Made by a program: the position numbers and the translations under genes. Shown piece after piece: positions 1 through 18,000 of a stretch of 64,000 nt of DNA. The stretch's first letter is position 1. Each line of letters starts with the position of its first letter. The notes under the pieces were generated by a model that did not search any database, had not been told where the DNA came from, and saw nothing but the letters and a program-made list of their open reading frames with translations. Source of the stretch: Lingula anatina (taxonomy: Eukaryota > Animalia > Brachiopoda); the NCBI GenBank assembly GCA_051362555.1, contig CM120646.1:13268001-13332000 (forward strand), given 5' to 3'.

Positions 1-205
1 CACAGCATGAATGAAGAAACTGCATGATCTTCATGAATGAAGAAACTGCATGATCTACATCTGTACTTTTGTCAGGCTTACTGCCCCATTTGTAATTTTC
101 TCTCTTTCCCCTGTTCACTCCACTGCATGAATGAAGAAACTGTGATCTTCATCTGTGCATTTGTCAGGTTTACTGTCCAATTTGTAATTTTCTTTCTTTC
201 CTCCA
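1..205. repeat. Local tandem duplications (~26 bp and ~90 bp) in a dynein intron
   Basis: CATGAATGAAGAAACTG occurs three times; ~32-112 is repeated at ~126-203. Confidence 0.8.
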
Positions 206-208
206 TAG

Positions 209-4273
<4,065 letters not shown>

Positions 4274-7200
4274 CACAGAGAACATTAAATTACTCAACCA
4301 AATGTGTATGAAAACTATATATTCCTGTTTGTATTGGATATACACTTTTCTTGTTAATATGAAAACACTTTATGGACCATTGGGCATATATTGTGAGAGT
4401 AAAAATGTGTTCAGACCACACAAAAGTTGTAAACCTACTCGAAATCTCATTGCCAAAAGAATTTTCAGGTTCTTCTCATGCTTGTGTAGAAGTAGGCTTA
4501 AGCTTGAGGTTAATATAAAATTATTGCAAATCTGAATGGTAAATATGTAAGTCAATTAAAGTGTAATTATTCACTTTCTTCCAATAAGGGATTTTAAATT
4601 ATTTGTTCTGAAAACATATGTACTGGAATGATTGAAGCAAACATAGGTGTTTTACTAGTGAGCACTAACATTGAATGAAGAAGAAAGTAACTTGCACACA
4701 TAAAAGCAGGTAAACAAAGTCCCCAGTAAATATGTTGTGTGCAGTGTCCTTCGTGCCAAGTAATGGCTGCCCAGTGTAAAATAGATCTTCCATAACACGA
4801 AAAAAGAAGTTTAACTTTTAAGTCTTGGCATTTGCATTCATGGTCAAATACTAATTTTTCAAAGTTTTTCCTCTCAGTGAAATGAAAATAGTAAGAACTG
4901 GTGCTGTTCTTTGCATATTGTGTTAATGATTCAGCCTAAAAGCAAATTATTCAGTGGGACAGCTACTCTTTAGAATATATGCCAAAAACGTTAGTTATGA
5001 GTAATTTCATTTACCTATAAATCCATAAGAATCAAGGTCAGTATGGTAGTAACTGCCTTAATTAGTTTGAAAATACAAAAAACAGTGAAGTTGTTTGTGC
5101 ATCCCTGCAGTATATTTATTTAGCAATTTAAAATATACAACTATTGCTGTTTATCATTTTAGCAGTGTATGCTGACAACTTAACTGTGGCAGAATTTAAG
5201 TCAGACGTTAACACAAGCTTCACAAAAATGCCAACAAGCTTTGGTGCCTTGTAAAGATGGAAAGGACTCATGATAAGAAGTGGTAAACATATTACCAAAA
5301 CCTCTGGAAATGTTTAATTGACATTCAGCTTACATTTTGTCATGTAATGACTTCATACAGCAACTTGAGTGCTCAGACCGTGATGTTGGACAAAAAGAAG
5401 CTATTTCACACTGAATGTTATTGTGGTTTGCAGCAATGTCACCCATAACTGAACAAAGATAATCTGGCTTATTGCTCACCTTAAGACATTGTTCTTATTT
5501 ACTGACCTAATAAAAAGAACCACATCTGACAAAGTTGATAAATGGTTTTATTTTCATTATCCTCCAGATGACACATGAAGTTGAGTGAGATAATTGTCTG
5601 AATCTATAGAATATTTTGTTATGTGAAAGCCTGCTTTCATGATGTAATGTTTGCCCCATTGTTCTTGTGTATTTACAAACTTTGGCATTAGTCGCAAAAT
5701 AAAAATGCACCTTTTCTCATAGCAAATATAATACTTTAATTTGAGATTTAAGAGGCACTCTGAATTCTTGAAGTGTCAAATTATTATTTTAGGAATGATG
5801 CAAGTACATAACAAGATGCTGATTTTATCACTAATAAAAAAAATCTTGATATTGTTTTAATTGAATAAACATACTAGAAGAGCAATATCATGGAAAAAAT
5901 TATCTTTACTTTTTTTAAATAAGAAACTGTACCCTTCAAGTAAATATTTTTGAGTATTTTGGCACTTGAAAATTCTGGTTAATATATCTGAATAAAAATA
6001 ACACCACTACATGTCATCTATAATTCTTAAAAAATCAGGAAAATATACAAAATTCATTATTAAAAAACCAGCAGGATGTTTTCATGTAGTGGAGACATAA
6101 CTCATTGTGATAACTAATAAAAGTGAGGCAACAATTCTGCAATACAGTAATGTCCAAGCCCTAACTTTTGGTCTATATAAATTTCTGAAATGGCCTAATA
6201 TTTTTTGCAATTATATCGAAGAAACTAAATTAAAATACAAATAATTTATTTCCAAAAAATGGCACAAAGTATATGCCCACTGGGGTCATCATTTATTGTT
6301 CAATTCTCTTTGATGGCATGTACTAAATTCAACTATAACAGCACAATCAATTCAACTATTTAATCTCCCTTTCCAATATTTTCCCCACACCAATTCAATT
6401 GGATACAAGACAGAAAAGATAAACATAGCAAACTACTGTTAATAACAGGACACCGGTGATCAATTGTAAGTCAAAACTAAAATCTACATTTGGATGTACT
6501 TAAATCTACACAACGAATGTTTTTGTTCCTTAAAATAAAACCATACTTACCAGAAAAAATGTTTTCATTGTGTCACAAAAACAGTAGTCTGTACCAAATA
6601 AGATTTTCATTGATTGTCTTTGCACCTTTAAATGTAACAATAAAAATATTTTGTAAAAAAAAGTTCAATAAAATATAACAAAGTTTAATGTTCACACCTT
6701 CCTAGATTGCATTTTCTGTGCAATTGTCATAAAATTGAGCAATGCCAATAAAATGTTTTTACCCATAACTTGCATGCAGAAACTAAACACTGCAATACAC
6801 CTTTTATCTTGCTCTAACTTATTTTGTTTAAAGCAAGAAGCAGAAAATAACACCAAAATCATAAGTTTCAACATAAAAATATATTGCCCAGGAACTACAA
6901 AATATTTTGCTATGAGACATAAAGCTAGGCCCTTTTCACACATACTTATTTTTTCGCAATTTTTTCAGAGATTGATAACTTATTGCCTGTTGTGAGTAAT
7001 TTTGATTGGCCCTCACAGTCGGAGGCAAACTTTGGAGAATTGGTGCAAACCACCCTGTATAGATTATTTCATGTAAGGACCAGTCAAAACATTGCAATAC
7101 AGATAAGTGTATTACTTGATGTAAAAAGGACCTCAGACCTAAGTCACTGCTGATTATATCATGCTAGTACAATCAAAGTGTTTATTCTTTTCAGCAACTA

Positions 7201-7493
7201 ATTCTATCTATATTATGAATCTCATTAGCATACACACTCTGTGACAATTCTTCTGTTTCACTCTCTACCCAAACAGTCTCCAAATGGAATCGGAGAATTG
7301 CCCATCAGATAATAAGTCAGTAAACTGCATTCCATATATCTTCGCATAATCCTGTACAAAATTGCTTCTGGTTTTATAACAAACAGTTTGGTATTATCAA
7401 ATACTACAATTAAGTCCTGGGTTTTCCAATGCTCAAAAGAGAGGACCTCTGCTGTACAAAGTCACACCGTTTAAATTCCCTTCAGATTTAGTA

Positions 7494-10400
7494 TCAACAT
7501 TCAGAATTTGGAGCACTTCCACTGTAAAGATTCGCATTTCCATGGTGACCATTAGAGACTTTGGACTCCTCTTGAAAAACAGGGTTATCTGTACCCTCTG
7601 AACTGCTGCCATGGTTACCATTCTGTTTTAGGCTGGTAAGAATCCCATTGTCATGACTACTGGTTGCTAAGTCACCATTTATTCTTACACGATCATTATC
7701 TTTCTCATATGCAGCATTGTCAAATGAAGTGAAGGGAATGTTCAGTTTAGCATTGCGACAGACGACGAAAAAAACAACAGCACCTATTACTGCTACCACC
7801 ACTACCGCCGCCAAGGTGAGTCCAATAATAAGAGGAAGTGAGGAGGATGATGTACCTTTAAAAAGAAAATTGAAAAATAAATTGTTATAGAAATTATTTT
7901 CAGTACAAAATCTAGACTCAAATATACTCGGTATTATAGCATCTCATATAAATTACTTTGTGTGAAATATCATGATCTCAGCTAATATATAGTACCTTGA
8001 TCCTGTGTCTGAGAGTCTGTTTGTGGTTTAATGCTGATCCCATTGGGTCTGGCTGGTGACTTGGTAGTCCTTGGTTTAGCTGTTACTGATGCTGAAGTAC
8101 TGACTGTAGATGGCGCTGTTGGTGTTGAAGGTGAAGAAGTGGAGCTTGGAACTATAAATGGTGTTGTTGCAGACACTGGAAAATGTTTACACAATGTTTT
8201 GAACAAGAAAACCTTTGAAGAAAGTTATTACATTATAAAGATCTATTAGCATTCATATCACGACTTCAAAAATACATGTATATAAAAGGTATCCTATATA
8301 GTCAAAATGGTATCAAAATGTTAAAAAAAACACTTAACTAGAGAACAAAATTATACAGCAATCGGCAAACAAGTTGGACATGTACCTTTAATTATAACAT
8401 TTTAAGTTGATATTATAATCAGTTTCTGGAGGATATAATTAACAAGATTTACAAATTCATTACTTTTCAGTCGTTTGCATATGAATCCTAAGTTGCGCTT
8501 GGTACCACAGGTGACATCATTCCATTGGCCCGAGGAGGAGGACATGGCGCCACACTCCTCTGCCCCGCGGTACGTCCTATTAGAGGGCTGTCCTGGCATC
8601 CAGTTCTGGTAGTTAAACGGAGTGCCATCGTACCACCCAAACCCAGCTGAAATGTCAAATATCACTGCTGCTGTTATCACGTATTGGTGTCTTTTTTTCA
8701 ACACAAAGATGTTTTTAAAAAGCCACCTGAGGCATCGCCTCTCACACTTTTACATTCTGATGAGAGAAGGAAATCCCCCTCCCCCTTCATGCACCCCTGC
8801 TGCAGACCCTAACATCCTTATTATATTAACTCACAATTCTCCTTCTTTATCAACCCAATCCACATCATGGCAGACATTCCTTGATTCATGGTGCTAATTG
8901 TATCCAGAATAAAGTTGGTCTCCGCCTGGCTGGTTATTGACGCCAGCTGTCCTCCTTTCTTGTAGCATAACACACTTGCTTCTGCCCAGTTCTGGTAGTT
9001 CACCCCCTTGATGTAGTAGCAGTATCTCCCCTTGGGGAACCACGTGTCGTCTGGGCAGTAGCCGGCCTCCTCTGGAGGGGTCGGACTAGGAGTCACTGAA
9101 AATAAAATCTCACATTGCTGAAAAATATCATTTTAATATTTTAAAAATTCTTAATTTTTTAGCTGTTATACAATTTTTTTAAATCATACACATGCACAAA
9201 GGGACCACAGCTTGTGTAATAGCCCAAGTGCACATGGTCACTATATATGGACTCTCTCTCTCTCACACACACACATATTCACACACATGCATACATATAC
9301 TTGAACGCACAAATACACACAAACTCATGCAGGCATCCACATATGCACAAACACACACACACCCACACACACATACCTGTAGTGTACTTGCACAAAGTGA
9401 TCAGTTTAGCATTACAGTCTGTGGTCACCCACTGTCCAGTGCTGTTCATGGACACGCAGCGTCGGCCTGGGTCATCTAACTGGACATTACTGGCCCAGTT
9501 GACAAATACCAGTGACCAGGGGGAGTCCTTCCACTGGAAGATTTTCTAAAGAAAAAATTAAACAAAAAATTGAATGTATTTTAGCTTGATCCATAGATCA
9601 ATATATATCAAATGAATTATGGAAAGATTAATTAATTCTGAATCAGTAAGAGCAGGGCGCATAACTTCAAAAATGGCATTTTAAAATTTAAGATTAAGGG
9701 TGCATTCCCAGAGATTTAGATCGATCCAGAGATTAAGATTTAGATCGACCTAACTCCCTGGGGGTTCATGCAAAATTGCAGTCAGCCGAGCGCGCACCAT
9801 AGTTAATTACCCCCTTACAGCTTTCAGTAGGTGGGACAGACGCTTAATTAAGCCGGCTAAGCTGACAGTAATCTAGTGAGACTCCCCACAGGGATAAATC
9901 AATCTAAAATCTATGGGAATGGGGTCTAAGTGACATTAATAAATTCAATTCTAAAATCTCAAGTAATATCTAGGACAAGAGTTTTCTGTCTTTTCTCTAT
10001 AATATAGTTTTTAGCACATACATGAAGGCTATCAAAACAATTCTCATATATTTTCTGAATCAATCATACAGGACAGGGGGATATTTCTTGCTTGGTATCA
10101 TTATCATCATGATCCTTAAAATAAAAATGGATTATACTTACATAAGTAGTATCATAATAAAGTCCTAGCCACACAGGGGAGCCTAGGTCATTGGCCAGCA
10201 AATTCAGGTACGCCTGTTCAAAGTTGTTGGTTACCACAGCAGCCGTCGCCCCATCATTTCTACAATACTGCACAGCCTGTACGAGAATTAGAAAAGCAAA
10301 AAAAATTTAGATCTAGTTCCATCTCTAAGGGGATTAACTTTCCACATTAGTTCTAGTTTCACAGACAAATTATTAAAAAGAAAATCATGACAACACCATA

Positions 10401-13400
10401 GGTGAATTAAGGTGTAGGTAATGCAAAATAACATCACAATATTGGGTTGGAGGCTCTTTATTCATATGCTCATAGTAATACATAAAGATCTGCCTTGACA
10501 ACTAACGCATTATAGGTATCATTTGCTATAGGAACCATCGTTACAGTAATTACATAATATAATACAACAATTATAATGAAAGTAATATTTTGTGTGTTTA
10601 CACAAGGTAAAAACTGAATCGTATGTACCTGGTCCCAAGTTCTGGTGGTCAAGGTGTCCACTTTATAACAGGCGTCCAGGTACCTGGTGTAACCTGGTTT
10701 TCCATCACAGAGGGTGCTGGGGGAAGTGTTGGGGCGCCACGTGGTGCCAATAGAGAGATCTGGAGGGTGCAAGGGCACATTGTGTAAATTAAGACTGCTA
10801 TTAAGTTCTACAGATATCTATATAATAAATATGATAAATGTACTGTTAATGTTTTATATATTTTAGTAAAATACGGAATAAGAACAAAGGATAATTCATG
10901 AGATCAAAATGTTCTACTCCTTTTATATTTCAGCTATATTACAGATATCATTTTTTATGGCAAATTAACAAAATAATGTAACCATTCTTGTTTGCATAAA
11001 TAAGTTTTCAGATTTCATTCTTATGAAATAAGTTCTATCAAAGCAGTGCATTTGGCAAAAAAGTCAAAAGCAAAACTACAAGTACATATGCTGTAACATA
11101 CAGTGACACAAGGTCTTTGCAAATTGAGTATTATATCTTTTAGTAAGTGTTCCATCTGTATATATGTTTTGAGAGGTTCTACAGAGTAATTATTTGGGAG
11201 ACTTCACCTTCTTTCACATGACATGTTCGGTTCCGCTCTGAAGTCCGAACCAAATTAACTGGCCATGTCCATTGCGCCATTGACTCTATTGCTTAATAGC
11301 TGGGCTATTATATTAATTAAGCTATCAACCTCTCAAAAAATACCAAATAATACAGATGGAAAGATGAAGTAATTTTGCCTGATGTCAAAAGGCCTAAAAC
11401 TGATACGCTTGCATGGTTATATGAAGTATGCACATTAACATTTAAGGCAGCAACACATAGCAATAGTCTATAGAATATATTCAACATGCTGCATGTCCAA
11501 CAAAAACAACTAATTACAAGCTGAGATTATATAGTTGCTATTTAAGAAAACAAGCTAAACCAAGCTACACCAAGATGATTAGTGTTCCTGACACCAGACA
11601 GATGATTGAAAGCCAGATAAAAAAAGACAACCATACAATTGCAATAAGAGTGAAAAAGACTGAAAAATAAAAGGCAATTTCCACATAATACACAAATCGA
11701 TAGCCCTTTACTGGATGTTTAAAAAAGAATTTAAGCCTGACACACAATAGGCAAGAAAACTAACATGGTACATCAAGTTTTTAGTTCTAATTCTATCCCT
11801 CATACCACTTAGTATCTACAGAAAAAAATGATTCAGCTCTAGTCTAAAAAATACCCTCCACCTTATGCAACTGAAGTTAGTGCAGCTGTTATCCATCAGC
11901 TTTTAACCTCTAGCACACAGAATGAGATGATAAATATAACAGACAGATAGATATGATAGATATCAGCAGCATATGACACCACCCATAGATGATACCTACT
12001 TGGTTGCACTGTGAATCCTGTTATACAAAACAATATACTGTCAGTTAAAATTGTACTTAGCCATCAGATTCACGCAACATTTGAATGACACTGAAAAAAT
12101 CCCTGTGACTAACTTTGCTATGAATTTTAATAACTTTCAAAATACATAATTATTTAAAACTTAAACATTTTGTGATTATTATTATTCAATGAAAAAATAG
12201 AAATTGTTACAGTTACAAAAAGTATGGGTTATAATCATTGTAATTGGCTGTAAAATTTAAGGAAGAAATGTGAGTGAGAACCTACTACATCTCTCAAATC
12301 TGTTTTGTGACAACTTCTACGCCTGACATGATCTTTTTTACTTCGAAGTCCCTTTGGGGATTTAGAAAAAGACATTGACATAGAAAATGACAAGTATGTT
12401 GGTTAACCTGTTCGTTTGTTAACTGTACTTTTTTTCAAAGAATAATTCTTATAAAATAAATATCATTATAATGTCTTGGATGACTCTGTCTATACAGTCA
12501 GTCCTACCTTTCCAAGTTTGGCACACAAAACCTGTCTCAAAAGAGCAGGAACGGGACTGCCATTTCCCTGCAGTTCTTGTGCTTGTCTTCATCAAAACAC
12601 AATCCTCCTGAAATGTATCAATTTGTATCAAAAATGTATCACTATGTATCAATATCTATCAAAAAAGTATCAATATTTATCAAAAAATGTATCAATCTAT
12701 CAAAAATGTATCAATATACCTTGTAATATGGGGTGAACATTAATAACATACCTCTGTGGGCACAGAGGATGTTTTTTTTTCAAAAATGAATTTAATAAGA
12801 AAACATTTGCATGACAATGAAAGGATGTGGAATCTACATCATAAACTGATTTTAAAAGTTCCTTTATGAGATAGCTATCTTGAATTATATAAGTAACCAA
12901 AACACACTGAAACATTTTAAAGAGAAAAGAAACTGCTTATGAACAAATACAAAGCCAAAGACATCAATTATGTAAAACCACCACCAGTTTTAAATAAAAG
13001 TCCCATAACCATTATCAACTTTTTTTTTGCTGCAATGACAACAGTTAGCAACGCCACATTTTCTTAACTGTTACACCACTAAAAATCTATCAGCATTTGA
13101 ACCCTCAACCATCATCAGATTAAAAAGGTTAGATCTACTGATCTACCATCACCAATATAACTTCAAATTTAAAGCACTCCACTGCAATTATTTCTGGCAC
13201 AGCACCGAGCATTTGCAGGCAGGCATATAATTGTAACTTTAAACTGTCTAAGATCCAACAAAAATTTTTGCATTAATGATAACTATTTTCAGAACAGAAA
13301 TAATCATTTTTCTACAAAATATCTATAATTGCCTATGGATACAACTGTTCCCCAGTCACACACTAGGGATTACATGTTACCTACTTTTGTGGCAGCTGCA

Positions 13401-15012
13401 CTAAAGCTGTCATCCTGGTTGAAAAAATAGGAAGCATTATCATCCCTAACACATACACAAGTATTAGTTTTCCATTGCCTTTGCTAAAATGACAGCTTAC
13501 GCACCTCTATCTATATATATTAAAATCTCCTGTATACACACATGGTAGAAAGTTGTAAAAAAAATGAACATCCTGAAAACAGCTTGCAATTTCTTATCGC
13601 ATTTCGACTATATGAAAAAAAAAAAAATGATCAAAATGAAGACTGAAAATTCTGAAATCACAGGTATAATCCTGAAAACTGTCACCCATGTACACAGGCA
13701 TGAAAACATGCACGTACACTCATGCAGAAGCACACAGACAAACGAACAAATGCAGATATGTAATATGCTTCAGGCCAGTGGTGGATTTAGAAGAGGAGGG
13801 GGGTCATAAACAAAATACAATATTTACTAGTAATGAAATCAAACTGTACATAAAAAACTACATACATCTCCATAGCTGCCAGCATTACTGTGGGGTTCTC
13901 CTCTGTCCCAGTTGGTGTAGCTAAAGGGTTGGTTGTCCACCCAGTGGTATGTGCCCTCTCGTGTTTTATCGTTAAGACCGATCCACATCTCGTAGGTTTT
14001 ATCCTTCAGCATAATTGTTACAAAGCCTGAAAGTATTCAAAATTAGTGTTTCAAATTTTAAAAAAAATGAAATTTTCGGGTGGGTTGTTGAAGACAAAAC
14101 ATCAAAGTGCTGTGAATTTGTCATGCTCACTGACATTTTTATCTGTTTTTAATTTTCTTTCAGTGCCCCCACAAATGAAGAGAAAAGGCTGTTTGAAATC
14201 TTTTTGGTCCTCGCTTTATTTTTAAATAATGCAACTGTGAAATATTCACATTTCTTTCAAAAAATTATCATTATTATGAGTACCATTTCTATTATGAAAA
14301 TCAATAATACAGTTTTATCAAACATTACAAATACTTTTCAGTCAAGTTTGAGTCATAATTTTTCTTCCATACTCTTCACAAAAGTTTAGGAAGCTTAATA
14401 CAACATACCATAACTAACGTCAAAAATTTAATTATTTTCTTCAAGGTAACTTACTTTGTTCCAGCTCATTAGTAATGGTAGCTAGAGAAAAGGATTTCCC
14501 CAAAGCAGCACAGTAATCCCTGGCCATGGTCCAATTCTTCAACTGGAGGACTGAATCTCCATAGAAACCATAACACTTGTTGCCTAGATGCATGCACAAC
14601 ATAAATATAGTATTTATTGCCAAAATAGCAATAATAGCATGTTGTCAAGAGACAGATTTAATATAGTCACCATGGAAAAGGTAAGTTTTTGCCAAATGGA
14701 AAATAAGCAACTTAATATTTTGATTAAATGGCCACATCACAAAATACATACCTAAAGATGTTTTCTGACCGCGGCAACATGGACTTTATTTGGCTATAGA
14801 GTTTTTTTTTTTTTTTTTTTTTTTGTGAAAGGTGAGTACATTCTCTTAGTTTGTATGTCAAATTATACACTGCCACTCTCTTGCGTAACATGCATTGAAC
14901 AACGCTCACTGCCAGTCTCGAACTTCTGGCACGTATTGCTCAGATGACATTGTATCAATCACAGTTATTAAATATACACACACACACGCACGCACGCACG
15001 CATGCACGCACG

Positions 15013-15051
<39 letters not shown>

Positions 15052-18000
15052 GGGCAGCGTTCTTCTTACCTATGGCATAGTAGCCTCTAGGGCAGTTTCC
15101 TGGCAGGGCAGGGGTGGGCTGGGTGGTCACAGGTGTTCTGCTGTCCTTGTGTCTTTTACATATGAACCCATTTTTGTCTCCACAATTGTCATCATTCCAC
15201 GTGCCTAAAGTTAAAATATTAAAACCAGAGATAATTTTGTGTATTCATATTAAATTTTGACCCAATGCTGACAACAAGGTTATTGCAAGTAATATTTCAT
15301 GCGAGGTGGAATTTAAAAAGTGCCTGAGATTTGTTATCTTACAAAGGATCTATAGTACTTCAGTAAATCAGAGAAATTTTAATTTCAGTTTATCATAGTA
15401 TTTCAACCGAAACATAGACAATTAAAGTGAATAGATTTTTCACATCTGAAACTCGAAATCAAAAACCAATCCCTATGTATTTAGAATACCAATCCCTATG
15501 CACTTGAAAAAAAAAATACATTGACAGACATTAAAAGGGCATATACAGGTTTGAAGTGACTTTGGTTTGAGGTAACCTTCATTTTATCGATCACTACTAA
15601 CTGGAGCTTTTCATTAATCAAAAATGGAACATAAGACAAGATGGTCATTAACTAACATAAATAAAAGCATTGTGTCTCACACAACACACACATAATAAAT
15701 CAATCAATCAATCAATCAATTTCCCTACCTGACCCTGTGTATATGTCCACACATCTCTGCCCTCCATTCCAGTCATTGGGCTCATTCTTGTTCCAGTTGT
15801 CATAGTCTGCTGGAGTGCCGTCTGACCAACTGGAGAGTACAAAATCAAAAGTTATGGATATTGATGATAATGAAGATCATGAAGCCATAACTAGACAATG
15901 AATCATCAATGAATGAATGAATGAATAAATAAATGAATGAGCAGAAAATTAAAATTATAATTAATCATATAAAAGACTGAGAAACAAACATAAATAAAAA
16001 TATTAATCATAATCAATTATTTATTCAAATTGATTTATATCACTTAAAGTAAAAAACTTTTAAGTCATCATCTAATTTTAATAAGAAATTTCATCATCAG
16101 ATGTTTAAGTCTTAGAGTATATGATGAAATGACGAAGTGATTCGGTAAATATATTCCATCTTACTGGCATCTAAAATTTTTGTTTATTCAATGTTTGAAA
16201 TAAATTCTGTACTTACGTATAACTAATGAGGTTTAGCTCATTCAGTCCAATCCACAAAGCCGTGTTACGCGTATACATCTTGCTCATCTGTAAATTCAGG
16301 AACAACCACAGTTTGTACAATATGGCTTAGTATGCAAATTATCATCCTGTTTCTTTCTTTATTCTTTATTTTTAGATGAAAGTCTCTCAGATATGATCAA
16401 GATATTTGAATTATTTATTTACTATTTGGAAAGCTGGCTTAAGGATGCCTTATATTCAACTCTTAAGGTTACCTGTGAAGTAATAAACCCATTTTCTGTG
16501 CGTCCGTGAATGCTGGCCAAATCTCCGCCACTTTGCCTGCACCAATCACGTGCATCATACCAATTCTTTTTAACACTACTAGGTGAAACATAGAAGCAGT
16601 TGTCTCCATAGCCCAGCCAAGCACTGTCACCACAGTCAGTAGCTGGAAAGATGAGGGATCAAAGCAATTAATGACAAATACATTGAGCTCTACTACCACT
16701 TAGCTTTTGTCATGAAGAAGATAATGTTGGCTTTGGATATGGTCATCCATTCTCCATTTTGATTGTGACATGACTTGATGCAGGATTCTTGACCTCAAGT
16801 TATTTCTCTATCCACTAGGTGAGTTGCACCTCATTTCAGAACTTGCCCTAGAGTGTATTTATTTATTTATATATTTATTTATTTATTTATTTATCTATTT
16901 ATTTTTCAGGTTTAGGACTCTTGCCCCAGTAGCTGATGGTTCATCATTTTCAAAACCAGTATATTCCTGCATAAATGAATTACAAGTACAAAATAAAATT
17001 GTTATATATGAATGTAAAAAGATAAGAATAAAAATAAGAATATGAGGTCAAACAACATGTCATACAAAATACATTTAACTTACGTGTCACTGGTATGGGA
17101 GTGGTGGGAGTGACTGGCGGTCGCGTGCCTGGAAGTTAAAAATAGTTTTAATTTTATATTCAATCCTAAATTAAACAAGATCAGGGCAAACAGCACCATT
17201 CCAAAACACCATTCACCTTTTAATATTCATTCTGAAGATACAAAAACCAGCAAATTTAGAACAGGAAAAAATATGTTTGACTACACCCACCCTGCATATG
17301 GTCTTTTTAATTTCCTACGGAAGAACTGCAGACTTTAAATTTGGAAAGGATCCAAAAAGGTTTCTGAACAGTTTTTATCCGTCTGCTGTTTCTCATTTTA
17401 CCAGCATAAAATAAAATTTTAGTAAGCATACTGTTGCCTTGAAACTTTTTACATTTTACCTGAATAGCAATCCAATTTCCAGTATTTGTGAATTTTTAAT
17501 TTGTATATTAAATTCTTATCTTAATTATCATAATAATACTATACCTTCTACCATGTATTTAAAAGATAAAGACTTCAACTTAATTTTATTCTTTTTCGTT
17601 CAACAATAAGATAAACTCTCACCTTTCCTCATCTTGCAGAAGTAGTTTCGTGCCAGGTTACAGTTAGAATCTTTCCACTTTTCTGTCCTCCCCACGGTCA
17701 GCTCTACACAGTTTTCCTGCCCGTTGTGGTTGTTGGGTTCCCCAGTGGCCCAGTTTGTATAGTCAACGCCTGTGCCATCGCTCCACACATGACCTGGGCA
17801 GAAAATTTTATATTATCCTATCTTCAATATCATATTTTATCTTATTTTTCTTCTCTTTTTGGTCAATGATTTCATAAGACAGCAAAGCTGACAAATATAC
17901 AGACCTCAAACAGGAAATATATGTTGGCTTAATACATGCAAAAAAAATCAATTAAATACATTATTTATTTGTTCCCAATTAAATACATAAAATATTTTTT

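Noticed and set aside
14895-15208. THTHTH / CVCVCV ORFs (also ~9192-9549 and ~41700-42033)
   Set aside because: (CA)n microsatellites next to real exons.
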